Origin: Alphaproteobacteria bacterium
GTDB taxonomy: Bacteria > Pseudomonadota > Alphaproteobacteria > UBA828
Length of the DNA stretch: 64,000 nt
Direction of reading: 5' to 3'
NCBI GenBank assembly: GCA_965214705.1
Contig: OZ243972.1
Span: 3,392,001 to 3,456,000 of the forward strand
The position numbers and the translations under genes were made by a program. Below are positions 1 through 10,157 of the stretch, one piece after another. Under the pieces are notes generated by a model. The model was not told the origin of the DNA. It worked only from the letters and a program-made list of their open reading frames with translations, and ran no database searches. Every line of letters begins with the position of its first letter. Position 1 is the stretch's first letter.

Positions 1-1510
1 TCGACATCAAGGGCCGCGACGGGCGCATCGCCAGCGCGCTGATCGTCGCCAGGATGGTCCATCCCGCCAGCGAGCGTGATACCAGCCGCTGGCTCCGCCA
101 CGACAGCGCGGCCGCCGAGCTCCTGGGCCTGGAGGGCGACCGCAAGGCGCTGCGGCGCAAGACGCTCTACCGCATCGGCGACCTGCTCTGGCGCCACCGC
201 GCCGCCATCCAGCGGGAGCTGTTCAACCGTGAGCGCGCACTGCTCGACCTGCCCGAGACGATCGCCTTCTACGATCTCACCAACGTCCACTACCACGGCC
301 ACACGGGCGGCGAGCTTCCCAGGTTCGGGCGCTCCAAGCAGAAGCGCGACGACTGTCCCCTCATCACGCTGGCGCTGGCGCTCGACGGCGCGGGCTTCCC
401 GCGCAGTTGCGAGATCCTGCCGGGCAACGTGAGCGAGCCGGGCACGCTGCACGAGGCGCTGGCGCGGCTCGAGGCGGTGTGCGGCGGCACGGCGCCGAAG
501 CCCACGGTGGTCATGGACGCGGGCATCGCCACCGAGAAAAACATCGCGTGGCTGGGCGAGCAGGGCTACGACTGGATCGCGGTCAGCCGCGGTGCCAGGC
601 CTGCGCCGCCCGAGGGCGGACCCGAGGCCCTGCTGATCACCAGCGCGCGCCACGAGGTGCGGGCCTGGCGGCTTGCCAGCGAGGACGGCGAGGCGCGGCT
701 CTACGTCGTCAGCGAGGGCAAGAAGAAGGCCGAGAACGCGATCATCGGCCTGAGGCGGAACCGCTTCGAGGCGGCGCTGGAAAGGCTCCACGGCGGCCTC
801 CCGGTCAAGGGCCGCCTCAAGCGCTACGACAAGGTGCTGGAGAGCATAGGCCGCCTCAAGCAGCGCTTCTCCGCCGTCGCCAGGCACTACGAGATCACGG
901 TCGAGAGGGCGAAAACCGGCCCCAATGCCACCGCCGTGCGCTTCAAGCGCAGGCCGCGATACGACGAGGCCGATGAGGGCGCCGGTGCCTATGTGCTGCG
1001 CACCAGCCACGTCGACTGGGACATCGAGACGGTCCTGCGGACGTACTGGCGGATCACGGATATCGAGGCGACATTCCGGAGCCTGAAATCCGAGCTCGGC
1101 CTTCGCCCGATCTGGCACCAGCTCGACCGGCGCATCGCGGCCCACCTGCTGATCGCCGTGCTGGCCTACCACGCCGTGCATCTGATCCGTACCCGGCTGG
1201 CCGCGCGCGGCATCCACAAGTGCTGGGCGTCGATCCGCGAGAGCATGCGGACCTGGGTGCGGATCACCACGCGCCTGCGCCAGACCGACGGCACCTTGAT
1301 CGTCAACCGCCAGGACACGCGCCCGGCCGCCGAGGTTGCCGCAATCTCCTCGGCGGCGGGCGTGGACCCCGCCATCCACCGCACGAGGACCCGTCTGATG
1401 AGCTGACAGAATCTCACAAAATGTGGGGCCATGTTGGAATCGACCGAGAAAAATATCGCGTTGAATCAAACCAATAGGGAACACAGGCAGCGGAAAAGTG
1501 CCAACTTGGG
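1..1510 (+). mobile_element. IS1634-family element, right part
   Basis: Transposase followed by an AT-rich tail ending ...AAGTGCCAACTTGGG (1510), which resembles IS1634 termini. The left end is outside the window, so IR and DR cannot be confirmed. Confidence 0.6.
3..1406 (+). CDS. IS1634-family DDE transposase (5' end runs off the window)
   Basis: Frame is open from base 3, upstream of the ATG at 54. Motifs FYDLTN, RFGRSKQKRDDCPL, ILPGNVSE, VVMDAGIATEKN, YVLRTS, IEATFRSLKSELGLRPIWHQ are typical of IS1634 transposases. Confidence 0.9.
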   Translation, partial: DIKGRDGRIASALIVARMVHPASERDTSRWLRHDSAAAELLGLEGDRKALRRKTLYRIGDLLWRHRAAIQRELFNRERALLDLPETIAFYDLTNVHYHGHTGGELPRFGRSKQKRDDCPLITLALALDGAGFPRSCEILPGNVSEPGTLHEALARLEAVCGGTAPKPTVVMDAGIATEKNIAWLGEQGYDWIAVSRGARPAPPEGGPEALLITSARHEVRAWRLASEDGEARLYVVSEGKKKAENAIIGLRRNRFEAALERLHGGLPVKGRLKRYDKVLESIGRLKQRFSAVARHYEITVERAKTGPNATAVRFKRRPRYDEADEGAGAYVLRTSHVDWDIETVLRTYWRITDIEATFRSLKSELGLRPIWHQLDRRIAAHLLIAVLAYHAVHLIRTRLAARGIHKCWASIRESMRTWVRITTRLRQTDGTLIVNRQDTRPAAEVAAISSAAGVDPAIHRTRTRLMS

Positions 1511-1603
1511 TTTGGCGAATCTGACGTCCGCCGCATGATGCAGGAGAATGTCATCGCAAGCCCGCCGACCCAGCGACGGACCTCAGCGGACTCTGACTGA
1601 CGC

Positions 1604-2665
1604 CTAAAATATTGATGGCGGTTTGGTCGGGCGCGGAGCGTCCGATGCGCGGAACGGCCAGGTAAACTCACGCCCACCCAGCAGGCCGGCAGGGCGGAAC
1701 ACCAGCACGGCCACCATTGCCAGCGCCAGCACGATCTCCTGCAGCCCGCTCGGCGCGCTGATCGTGACCGAGCCGACCTCGAAGCCCTGCTCGATACGGC
1801 GCAGGAGCTCGATCAGGATGGTCACCGAGACCACGCCCAGCACGGCGCCGGCGAGGCTGCCCATGCCGCCCAGAATCAGCATCGCGAGCGAGATGAAGGT
1901 CATGTCGAGCCAGAAGACATCGACCGATATCGTGCCCAGGTAATGACCGTAGAGGACACCGCCGATGCCGACGAAGAAGGCGCTGAGAGCGAGCGCACCG
2001 ATCCGCAACAGGTAGACGTTGATGCCGGCCGCGCGCGCCGCCACTTCGTCTTCCCGCGATGCGCGCAGGATCAGTCCGAACCGCGTCCCTTGGTAGAGGT
2101 AGGCGACTGCTATCGCCACGGCCGCCCAGGCTAACCCCACGAACTTATCGACGTAGATGGGCAGTCCGATGATCGAGGTCGCGCCGCCGGTCCACGGGTC
2201 CCAATTCTCATAGATCGACTTCATCACCACGAGAACGGCAAAGAGCGCGATGCTCGCCGCTATGCCGGAGAGGCGCATGAGAGGAATACCGATCACCACG
2301 GCGAAGGCGCTCGCGAGGAGACCGGAGATCAACGCCGCCGGCAGCAACGGAACACTGGTTTCCATGAGGAACGGCGGCAGGCCGGTCATGAAGAGCGGTT
2401 TGAGCCCCGGACAGCAGGTCTGCCAGGCCGTTGCATAGGCGCCGATGAGCATGAAGCTGATGTGACCGAACGATACGATCCCGGAGTTGCCGACGAATAT
2501 GTAGAGGCCGACGACGACCACGACATAGATCAGGGCTTCGGTGACGACTCGCTCCAGGACAGGATCGCCGATCCCCCAGGCGATCACGACGAACATGACG
2601 AGGACCAGACTGAGGCCCACCGGCGGCCAGGCGCGCCGGGCAGCGAGCTTGGGGAACGCCACCAC
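1604..2665 (-). CDS. Branched-chain amino acid-type ABC transporter permease (LivM-like)
   Basis: Hydrophobic; GNSGIVSFGHISFMLIGAY, RFGLILRASREDEVAARAAGIN, ILGGMGSLAGAVLG. Confidence 0.92.
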   Translation of the reverse strand: MVAFPKLAARRAWPPVGLSLVLVMFVVIAWGIGDPVLERVVTEALIYVVVVVGLYIFVGNSGIVSFGHISFMLIGAYATAWQTCCPGLKPLFMTGLPPFLMETSVPLLPAALISGLLASAFAVVIGIPLMRLSGIAASIALFAVLVVMKSIYENWDPWTGGATSIIGLPIYVDKFVGLAWAAVAIAVAYLYQGTRFGLILRASREDEVAARAAGINVYLLRIGALALSAFFVGIGGVLYGHYLGTISVDVFWLDMTFISLAMLILGGMGSLAGAVLGVVSVTILIELLRRIEQGFEVGSVTISAPSGLQEIVLALAMVAVLVFRPAGLLGGREFTWPFRASDAPRPTKPPSIF

Positions 2666-2669
2666 TTGA

Positions 2670-3578
2670 CTAGACCCGCTGCTTCATCGCGCGCACTTGC
2701 ATGAGGCCCTGCGGCCGCAGCACGAGAATGAAGATCACGAGGCCGAAGACGAAGGCATCGCGCGCCGAACGAAGACCTTCGGGCAGAATGGCCTGCAGGA
2801 TCACCGTGAAGAAGCCGATGACGAAGCCGCCGAGTACGGCGCCGACGATGCTCCCCATGCCGCCCACCACCGTCGCCACGAAGGCTACCAGAACCAGGGG
2901 AATTCCCATGCGGTAGTCGAGCACGCCGGTCTTGGTGACGAGAAGCAGTGCCACAACCGCGGCGAGCAGGCCACTGATTGCGAAGGCGAGTGCGATGACC
3001 GTGTTCGCGCGCACCCCCAGGAAGCGCGCCATACGGAAGTCCTCGGCGGCGGCGCGCATCTGGATGCCGTAGGAGGACTTCCGCAAGAACACTGCCAGTC
3101 CTCCAAGCAGACAGAGGCAAACGAGGATCGTCACGAGGTCGAGGAGTGGCACGCGAAGGCCGGCCCAGGTCAGATGCTCTGCCATTCCCGGCCAAATGTT
3201 GACCGCTTTGGGGCGGCCGCTGTGCACCAGCAGCAGCACGTTCTGCAGCAGATAGCTGACCGCAAACGAGGAAATAAGAAGGGTGGCAGGGGCCGCGTTC
3301 CTCATCGGGCGGAACGCTACCCTCTCTGTCGTCAGCGCGAGCAACATGATGATCGCCACAATCGCGGCGATCAGAAGCGGGGCCGGCCAGTTGCCGATGA
3401 ACTTCGTCGCGACTTGCGCGCTCGAGGGTACCACCAGGGCGTACGCGCCCCATGTAATGTAGTCGCCATACGCAAAATTGATCAGCCGCATGATGCCGAA
3501 GATCAGCCCGATCCCCAGCGCCGCGAGGGCGTAGAGGCCTCCCAGGCTGACCCCGTCGATCACGTACTGGAGGACCAT
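2670..3578 (-). CDS. ABC transporter permease (LivH-like)
   Basis: GGLYALAALGIGLIFGIMRLINFAYGD, GIQMRAAAED, VGGMGSIVGAVLGG. Confidence 0.92.
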   Translation of the reverse strand: MVLQYVIDGVSLGGLYALAALGIGLIFGIMRLINFAYGDYITWGAYALVVPSSAQVATKFIGNWPAPLLIAAIVAIIMLLALTTERVAFRPMRNAAPATLLISSFAVSYLLQNVLLLVHSGRPKAVNIWPGMAEHLTWAGLRVPLLDLVTILVCLCLLGGLAVFLRKSSYGIQMRAAAEDFRMARFLGVRANTVIALAFAISGLLAAVVALLLVTKTGVLDYRMGIPLVLVAFVATVVGGMGSIVGAVLGGFVIGFFTVILQAILPEGLRSARDAFVFGLVIFILVLRPQGLMQVRAMKQRV

Positions 3579-3590
3579 GGCTGCGAGCCC

Positions 3591-4307
3591 TCAGTCCGCC
3601 AGGAAACCGAAATAGGCTTGATGTAGGTCCTCGTGGTCCTCGAGCTCCTCGCTTGTCCCCGAAAGCTCGATCTGCCCCGTGCGCATAACGTAAATCCGGT
3701 CCGCAACGTCGAAGGCACGTTCCACGCTCTGCTCCACGACGAGCATGGTCACGCCCTGCTCGCGCAGCTCCCAGAGAATGTCGTAGACGGTATCGACCAT
3801 CTGCGGTGCGAGCCCCAAGGAGGGTTCGTCCAGCAACACGATCTGGGGCCCGGTCATGAGCGCGCGCGCGATGACCAGCTGCTGCTGCTCACCGCCAGAG
3901 AGCTTGCCCGCCGGTGCCCTGCGACGCTCCTTGAGGATGGGAAACTGGCCGTATATGCGCTCGACATCCCGCTCGATCGCGCCGCGATCCCTGCGCATCT
4001 TTGTGCCGAGCCGCAGGTTCTCTTCGACCGTGAGGGTGCCGAAGACATGCCGCCCTTCCGGTACGAGCGAGAGCCCGAGGCGGGCGAGAGTCTCGGGCGG
4101 CCTGCCCAGAAGGGGGCTGCCGTTCAGCTCGACCACGCCCTCGGCCTGCTGCAATCCACCGGCGATCGCGAGCAGGGTGGAGGACTTGCCGGCGCCATTG
4201 GGGCCGACGATGCAGACGATTTCGCGCTCTTCCACGTCGAGCGAGACCCCACGGACTGCGGTAATCTCGCCGTAACGAACGTGGAGGTCACTGACGCGCA
4301 GGAGCAC
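3591..4307 (-). CDS. ABC transporter ATP-binding protein (LivF-like)
   Basis: Walker A GPNGAGKSS, signature LSGGEQQQL, Walker B VLLDEPSLGLAP. Confidence 0.93.
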   Translation of the reverse strand: MLLRVSDLHVRYGEITAVRGVSLDVEEREIVCIVGPNGAGKSSTLLAIAGGLQQAEGVVELNGSPLLGRPPETLARLGLSLVPEGRHVFGTLTVEENLRLGTKMRRDRGAIERDVERIYGQFPILKERRRAPAGKLSGGEQQQLVIARALMTGPQIVLLDEPSLGLAPQMVDTVYDILWELREQGVTMLVVEQSVERAFDVADRIYVMRTGQIELSGTSEELEDHEDLHQAYFGFLAD

Positions 4308-5121
4308 GGCGACGGCGCCTCCTCTTCGAACCGAGATAGGCCTCGATCACGCGCGCGTCGCTGCGGACTTCCTCTGTCGGCCCTTCCGCAATCGTCCGTC
4401 CACCGTCGAGAACGTGCAAGGTTTCGCACACCCCCATGATCACGCGCATGTTGTGCTCGATCAGCAGGACCCCGCATTGAAAGTCTTCGGGAATGCGAGC
4501 GACTGTCGCCATCAGCTGATCGCATTCAGCTTCGTTGAGCCCTGCAGCGGGTTCGTCAAGCAGCAGGAATTTGGGGCGCGGAGCCAGAGCCCGAGCCAGG
4601 CCGATCTGCCGCTCCCCACCATAGGGAAGCGCGCCGGCCTTCAGGTTTGCAAGGTCGGCGATGCCCATCCACTCGAGCACTTCCATTGCGCGGGCCCTAG
4701 CCGCGTTGCGCCTAAGCCCCATGCCGGCCGCGCTCGCTTCGACGTTCTCTCCAACTGTCAGACCTGGGAAGAGACGCACGCCCTGAAAGGTTCGAACCAC
4801 GCCGGCGCGCGCGATGCTATCGGGGCGCCAGCGCGTGATGTCGGTCTTGTCGATCGTAATCAGCCCGATGTCCGGCTTCTGAAAACCGGTCAACACATTG
4901 ATGAGCGTTGTCTTGCCCGCACCGTTCGGCCCGATGAGACCGAGGCAAACGCCAGGTCGGATCGAGAGACTGACATCCTCCAGCGCCGTGACGCCCTCGA
5001 AGTGGACCGAGACGTCACGGCATTCGAGTAGCTGGTGTCCGTCAGCCTGCTCCGAAGCTGCGGCGGTCGGGCCCGCCGCAGCCTGAGCGGGCCCGGACTC
5101 CTCGGCTAGTTGGTCCACCAC
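4288..5121 (-). CDS. ABC transporter ATP-binding protein (LivG-like)
   Basis: GPNGAGKTT, GVVRTFQ, LPYG, LLLDEPAAGLN, C-terminal VIEAYLG. Confidence 0.93.
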   Translation of the reverse strand: MVDQLAEESGPAQAAAGPTAAASEQADGHQLLECRDVSVHFEGVTALEDVSLSIRPGVCLGLIGPNGAGKTTLINVLTGFQKPDIGLITIDKTDITRWRPDSIARAGVVRTFQGVRLFPGLTVGENVEASAAGMGLRRNAARARAMEVLEWMGIADLANLKAGALPYGGERQIGLARALAPRPKFLLLDEPAAGLNEAECDQLMATVARIPEDFQCGVLLIEHNMRVIMGVCETLHVLDGGRTIAEGPTEEVRSDARVIEAYLGSKRRRRRRAPARQ

Positions 5122-6314
5122 TCTACGTATTCACCGATCCTGGGATCGTAGTAGCCTTGAGGAATAGGCTTCCCGTTTGTGAATTCGAAGACGAGCATTG
5201 GACGCAGGAAGTTCGTGTGAAAATCAGACGTGAATGTTGTCAGCCCCGCCAGCAGGGGTTCATCAGTGAACTTCTCGAGCTCGGCCAGCACCGCATCGGA
5301 GTCGAATGTGCCTGCGCGCTCGACCGCCCGAGACCAAGCGTGCACCACGCTGTGCCCCAGCACGCCTTGCCCGGTCGGTGGCCGCTCACCGTTGCGGCTA
5401 ATGAAATCGTCGACGAACTTGTGAATCTCCGGCCTGGGGTCGTCGCCACGCATTGACGCATAGGAAGCGTAATAGACCTCGTTGAGGTGTTCCGCCGGCA
5501 CCGAATCGTGCCATGCGTCGCCATCCATCGAGACGCCGCCGATCATCGGCGTATCGATCCCGGCCGCGCGGAACTGGCGAATGGCCGCTGGGAAGCCCGG
5601 CGTGACGCCACATATCGCGATGACGTCCGGCGGGGTTTCCAGCGACTTGAACCGGGTAATCTGTGCGGACACCGAGGGGTCGTCGTTCTTATAAGAATCG
5701 CGGCCCAATACGTTCTCTTCGCCGGCAATCTTCACCCATTCTTTGTCGAAGCCGCGACAGACCGATTTGTTGTACTCGATGATTGTGTCGACAAAGACAT
5801 AGGCGGTACGCCATCCCTTGATGTGGTAACCCCAGTGCGCCACCAATGAACCGCTTGCTTCTGCGTCGGTCGCCATGGTGAATACGTAGGGGCCAATCGC
5901 TTTGTTGCCGAGCTTGATGTCGGCGCCACAGGACGAGAAAGCGATAATCTTGTTCTGATTGGCCACCAGAGCCGGCGGCCCACCCATGTCGAAGTCGCAG
6001 GAGACGATCATCATCTGTGCACCACGCGCCACGAGTTCAGCGCCGGCCTTGGCGCCCTGCGCCCGGTCGGTCTTCGTATCCACATGTTGCATTTCGAGTT
6101 TCTTGCCAAGCAACCCACCCGCTTCATTGACTTCGTCAATTGCCATCCGGGCGGCCGCGGTCGGACCTTCGTCGTAGGGCGCCATCCAGCCGCTGGTCGC
6201 AGTGGCTGCGCCAATCAGAATCGTGTCGTCCTCAGCCGAAGCACTTGGAACCAGGGTCGCACTCAACGCGAGCGCGCCTGCCGCAGTGAGTCCTACTAAC
6301 AAGCGATTTGTCAT
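5106..6314 (-). CDS. ABC transporter periplasmic substrate-binding protein (LivK/LivJ fold)
   Basis: Likely start ATG at 6314 after GGGAGG; signal peptide MTNRLLVGLTAAGALALSATLVPSASA; AIDEVNEAGGLLGKKL. The ORF-track start at 6605 is probably too long. Confidence 0.88.
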   Translation of the reverse strand: MTNRLLVGLTAAGALALSATLVPSASAEDDTILIGAATATSGWMAPYDEGPTAAARMAIDEVNEAGGLLGKKLEMQHVDTKTDRAQGAKAGAELVARGAQMMIVSCDFDMGGPPALVANQNKIIAFSSCGADIKLGNKAIGPYVFTMATDAEASGSLVAHWGYHIKGWRTAYVFVDTIIEYNKSVCRGFDKEWVKIAGEENVLGRDSYKNDDPSVSAQITRFKSLETPPDVIAICGVTPGFPAAIRQFRAAGIDTPMIGGVSMDGDAWHDSVPAEHLNEVYYASYASMRGDDPRPEIHKFVDDFISRNGERPPTGQGVLGHSVVHAWSRAVERAGTFDSDAVLAELEKFTDEPLLAGLTTFTSDFHTNFLRPMLVFEFTNGKPIPQGYYDPRIGEYVEWWTN

Positions 6315-6588
6315 TGTCGCCTCCCCATCCGGGTCGTGCTCGACCCTCGTGTCGTTGTTGTGCTTTCGCGTTCGACCGGGAGGCTGCAATGCCAACCCGT
6401 TCGCCTTCTCCAACGTCGCCACCAATTGTGGCGTTGGCACAACTTGGGCTCGGAATTCTTGTCGTGCGCGTCGAGCCCGCCGGGACTTATCCTGACATGC
6501 GGATACCGAGCCCATATATTGGAACGTAACACGCATCAACTTCGTGGAACAACACGTATGGCGGCCGGCACCGCTCCGGCATGCCCGG

Positions 6589-8267
6589 GGGTGTAGGTCT
6601 GGCATGGCGATCGTAAGTCATTGATTTAGCGCGATTGGCGGGTGGCCGTAGGCAGCCAGAATCGGGTTTTCGTGACAATCGGCCGGTGCAGGGCCGGATT
6701 TTGTCACAACGGCGGCATCCAGCAGTGGTGGGTGGGAACGCTCCGCACCGCGAGATGCGGTAGGATGCCGCGCCGACAACCCAACATCAGACCCAACATC
6801 AGGAGCGTTCCCATGCCAGTGTCGCAGTCTCTCATCGCCTCGTCCATCGACCTTTTGGGCCTGCCTGCCGAAGTCGCCGAAGCGGTCGCCCAGGTGGTGG
6901 AGTTCTGTCGCGAACAGGCTGGGTCTGACCCGTCTGCCGAGACGTTCGAAACGGTTGAGACGGGGCTGCGGGACGCCATGAACGGCTTGGGTTGCAAGCT
7001 CCTTGGGGCCTTCGCCGAGAGCCGCGACGACGGTGCGAGCCGGATCGAGCGCGACGGACAGAGCTGGGTCCGGGTGGCGGCGACGCCGAAGACGATCATG
7101 ACGACGCTCGGTCCCGTGACCTATCGGCGTGCGCGCTATCGCAGCGGCGCGAGCAGCACGTCGCTGGTGCCGGTGGACGAGAGCCTGGGCCTCATCGACG
7201 ACTACCTGACGCGGCCGGCGGCGCAGCTCGGGCTGATGATGATGGGCCACTGTACGCCGCGTGAAGCGGAGGAGTTCTTCGCGAAAATGGGCGGAATGAC
7301 GCCGTCGGTGAGCACGCTGCAGCGCCTGGCCCTGAGCATGCATGAGCACTGGGAGAGCGTCGCCCCGGAGACGCTGGCCAGCATCCGTGAAACCCAGGGC
7401 ATACCGCCCGATGCGGTCACCGCGTCCGTCTCCCTTGACGGCGTCATGGTGGCGCTGCGGGCCGGCGAGGACGGCCGTGCCGAGGCGTGCTGGCGCGAGG
7501 CCTCTTGCGGCACGGTCTCCTTCCACGACGCCGAGGGCCAACGGCTGAAGACCCTCTATCTCGGCCGTATGCCCGAGAGCGGCAAGGCCGCGCTGAAAGC
7601 GCAACTTGCAAGCGAGGTCGCCCATATCCGCCGTGTGAGCCCGAAGATCAGGATCGGCGCCGTCGCCGACGGGGCCGCCGACAACTGGACCTTCCTCGAA
7701 AGCCTCTCGCCCGAGACCGAGGTCATCGACTTCTGGCACGCTTGCGAGCATCTCCGCGTGGCCTCTGACCATGCGGTGGCGCGCCACTGGTTCGAGAAGC
7801 ACCGCGAAATCCTGCGCCACGACCCCCGCGGCGTCGACAAGGTGATCCGGGCACTGCGCTACCTCCTGGACAGGGCAAAGGGGGACCCGGCCGAGATCGA
7901 GCGCGAGCTGGCCTTCTTCCGAAAGCACCGCCATCGGATGCGCTACCACGCCCTGAAGGAAGAGGGCATCGCCATCGGCTCGGGTGTGGTCGAGGCGGCC
8001 TGCAAGACCCTCGTCGCGCAGCGCTTGAAACGCTCGGGCATGCGCTGGCGGATCGACGGCGGGCAGGCGGTTCTGACCTTCCGCGCCCTGATCAAATCCG
8101 GCCTCTTCGACCGGGCATGGGATGCGCTCATGGACGCCCGATCCGGACCAGCTAACGACAACATCAGCCCAACCGAAGTCCTGGCACTCGCTGCTTGACC
8201 AAAATGAACCAGCCCATATCCTTTAGCGCCATCACGACTGGCATATCGCCATACGAGAATCACACCC
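6589..8267 (+). mobile_element. Complete ISKra4-family (IS256 superfamily) insertion sequence, 1679 bp
   Basis: Imperfect terminal IRs GGGTGTAGGTCTGGCATGGCGAT (from 6589) and revcomp GGGTGTGATTCTCGTATGGCGAT (to 8267); 8-bp direct repeat ATGCCCGG at 6581-6588 and 8268-8275. Confidence 0.9.
6813..8198 (+). CDS. ISKra4-family transposase
   Basis: RBS AGGAG at 6801, ATG at 6813; TTLGPVTYRRARY, SLDGVM, ADGAADNW, IDFWHACEHL, IGSGVVEAACKTLVAQRLKRSGMRW. Confidence 0.88.
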   Translation: MPVSQSLIASSIDLLGLPAEVAEAVAQVVEFCREQAGSDPSAETFETVETGLRDAMNGLGCKLLGAFAESRDDGASRIERDGQSWVRVAATPKTIMTTLGPVTYRRARYRSGASSTSLVPVDESLGLIDDYLTRPAAQLGLMMMGHCTPREAEEFFAKMGGMTPSVSTLQRLALSMHEHWESVAPETLASIRETQGIPPDAVTASVSLDGVMVALRAGEDGRAEACWREASCGTVSFHDAEGQRLKTLYLGRMPESGKAALKAQLASEVAHIRRVSPKIRIGAVADGAADNWTFLESLSPETEVIDFWHACEHLRVASDHAVARHWFEKHREILRHDPRGVDKVIRALRYLLDRAKGDPAEIERELAFFRKHRHRMRYHALKEEGIAIGSGVVEAACKTLVAQRLKRSGMRWRIDGGQAVLTFRALIKSGLFDRAWDALMDARSGPANDNISPTEVLALAA

Positions 8268-8278
8268 ATGCCCGGTTG

Positions 8279-9706
8279 CTAACGCGACTCGATCATACGG
8301 CGGAGCGCGCGTCGGTCCGCCTTGCCGGTTGGCCCGAGTGGAAGTTCCGAGCGCAGGTGCAGGTAATCCGGCAGCTTGTAGTGATCGAGCCGCTCACGCG
8401 CCCAAACGCGTAAGGATGCCAGGTCAGGCTCAATGCCAGAGCGGGGTACCACGCACAGGTGGATGGCCTCGCCGCGCTCTTCGTCCCGCGCGCCAGCTGC
8501 CAACGCTGCGTCGACATCAGGATGGTCCAGAAAAACCGCCTCGACCTCGAGCGGGGACACCTTGTTACCCGCCCGATTGATGATTTCCTTCGCCCGGCCC
8601 TTGAGCGCGACGCGACCATCGGCCCTCGCCTCAGCCAGATCACCGGTGCAGAACCAGCCGTCATCGAACGCCGCCGCGGTCTGATCGGGATCGTCCAGAT
8701 AGCCGCGCATGATGGTGGGCGTCCTGATTTGCAGCTCGCCGTCAGGCTCGGCGATACGATAGGCGATGCCGGGCGCCGGTCTGCCAATCGTTCCCGCGCC
8801 CTCGTCGTACTCGTCAGCGGGCAGGAAGAAGTCGCAGGTGTTGGTCTCGGTCAAACCATAGCCGTCCCAGAGAGCAGCGTCCGGCCACAACCTGCGCAAC
8901 GCGCGACCGAGCGGAGCCGGCAATGTTTCGCCGCCACAATGCACCATGCCGGAGAAGGCCGGAACCTCGGCCTCGGGATCGCGCTGCAGCAGCGCACGGG
9001 CCATCGTCGGCACGATCGCGGTCCGCGTGAGTCCGTGCTGTATGAGGGCGGAGCGCGCCGCATCGGCCCGAAAGCGCTCGTGCACGTACACCGTTCCGCC
9101 GCGCAACAAGGTGAGCAGCGCAACCCACTGTCCGTAGCTGAAGGTGAGCTGCAACACCAATAGAACCCGCTCCTGCTCTCCAAACCGCGCCACCTGATCG
9201 ATCATCTCGAGCTTTGCGGTGTAAGGCTCGTGAGCCAGAACGACGCCTTTGGGAATACCTGTCGAGCCGGAGGTGAAAACGACAAGCGCAGCACCTTCGA
9301 GTAACGCCCGGCGCGCCGGGGCGGGACAGTCGAGCCGAGCGACCGGCGACGCGCCGCGCAGCGCCGCCGGCGCGGGCAAGTCCGCACGCGCGTTGACCAC
9401 AAAACGTGCGGCCGTGCGTTCCAACAAAGCGGACACGGATGCATCCACCGAGGCGCGGTGAACTGGAATTGCAACCGCGCCGGCCCGCCACACGCCGAGC
9501 AGCCCCGCAACATCGCGCGCGCGATTGGAGATGGCGACGAGAACCGGCTCGTCATTGGAAACGCCCTGCGCCCGGAGTTCGCGAGCAATGTCGTCCGCGC
9601 TGGTCAGGAGGGCGTCGTAGCCTAGACTCTCCTCGGCATCCACGAGCGCCGTGCGGTTGCGATGGCGCGCGCAAGCCTCGTTGACGAGATCGCCAAGGTT
9701 AGACAT
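8279..9706 (-). CDS. Class I adenylate-forming enzyme (acyl-CoA synthetase/ligase)
   Basis: AMP-binding VFTSGSTGIPKGV, YGLTET, GWFCTGDLA, GRAKEIINRAGNKVSPLEVE, LPLGPTGK. Confidence 0.92.
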   Translation of the reverse strand: MSNLGDLVNEACARHRNRTALVDAEESLGYDALLTSADDIARELRAQGVSNDEPVLVAISNRARDVAGLLGVWRAGAVAIPVHRASVDASVSALLERTAARFVVNARADLPAPAALRGASPVARLDCPAPARRALLEGAALVVFTSGSTGIPKGVVLAHEPYTAKLEMIDQVARFGEQERVLLVLQLTFSYGQWVALLTLLRGGTVYVHERFRADAARSALIQHGLTRTAIVPTMARALLQRDPEAEVPAFSGMVHCGGETLPAPLGRALRRLWPDAALWDGYGLTETNTCDFFLPADEYDEGAGTIGRPAPGIAYRIAEPDGELQIRTPTIMRGYLDDPDQTAAAFDDGWFCTGDLAEARADGRVALKGRAKEIINRAGNKVSPLEVEAVFLDHPDVDAALAAGARDEERGEAIHLCVVPRSGIEPDLASLRVWARERLDHYKLPDYLHLRSELPLGPTGKADRRALRRMIESR

Positions 9707-10157
9707 CGGGCCGCCCCCTGGCTAACGGCGTCGCCTTGGTCATCTTGCGCAACCCTGTACGCACCGCTCATCCGTGGCGTGCGCTCCCCTCTGCCAAAGA
9801 TGCGCCAAACCCGATACGCGCACAACACTCCACTCGTTGGAGCGGCGGCAACAGTGTGGAAAATCGGCGCTGGGTTGGGCGGGTCCCGTGGAAACCAAAT
9901 TCGCGCAAACCAAGTTGCCCTCCTCCGCTCGGTTCCACCGGCCGGCGAGCGCGACCGACATGATGCCGATGCGCTCGAATTCCATCAGGACGACCCTGCG
10001 GGAACTGGTCGCAGGGAACACCTGCGGTGCCAAACGGCCGCCCAACATTCGTGCCGACAGCGGATCGATCGGTGATCAGATGCCTCTTGACCCCACCCCA
10101 GCAATCGGCAAGGCTGCGTGCCCGAATATTTTGGGAGTTCAAACGGGGAGGGCAACA

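Noticed and set aside
9792-9808. Sigma54-like TGGCGC-N5-TGGCA upstream of the CoA ligase (minus strand)
   Set aside because: GG-N10-GC spacing fits, but the -12 element deviates from TTGC and no enhancer-binding activator is nearby.
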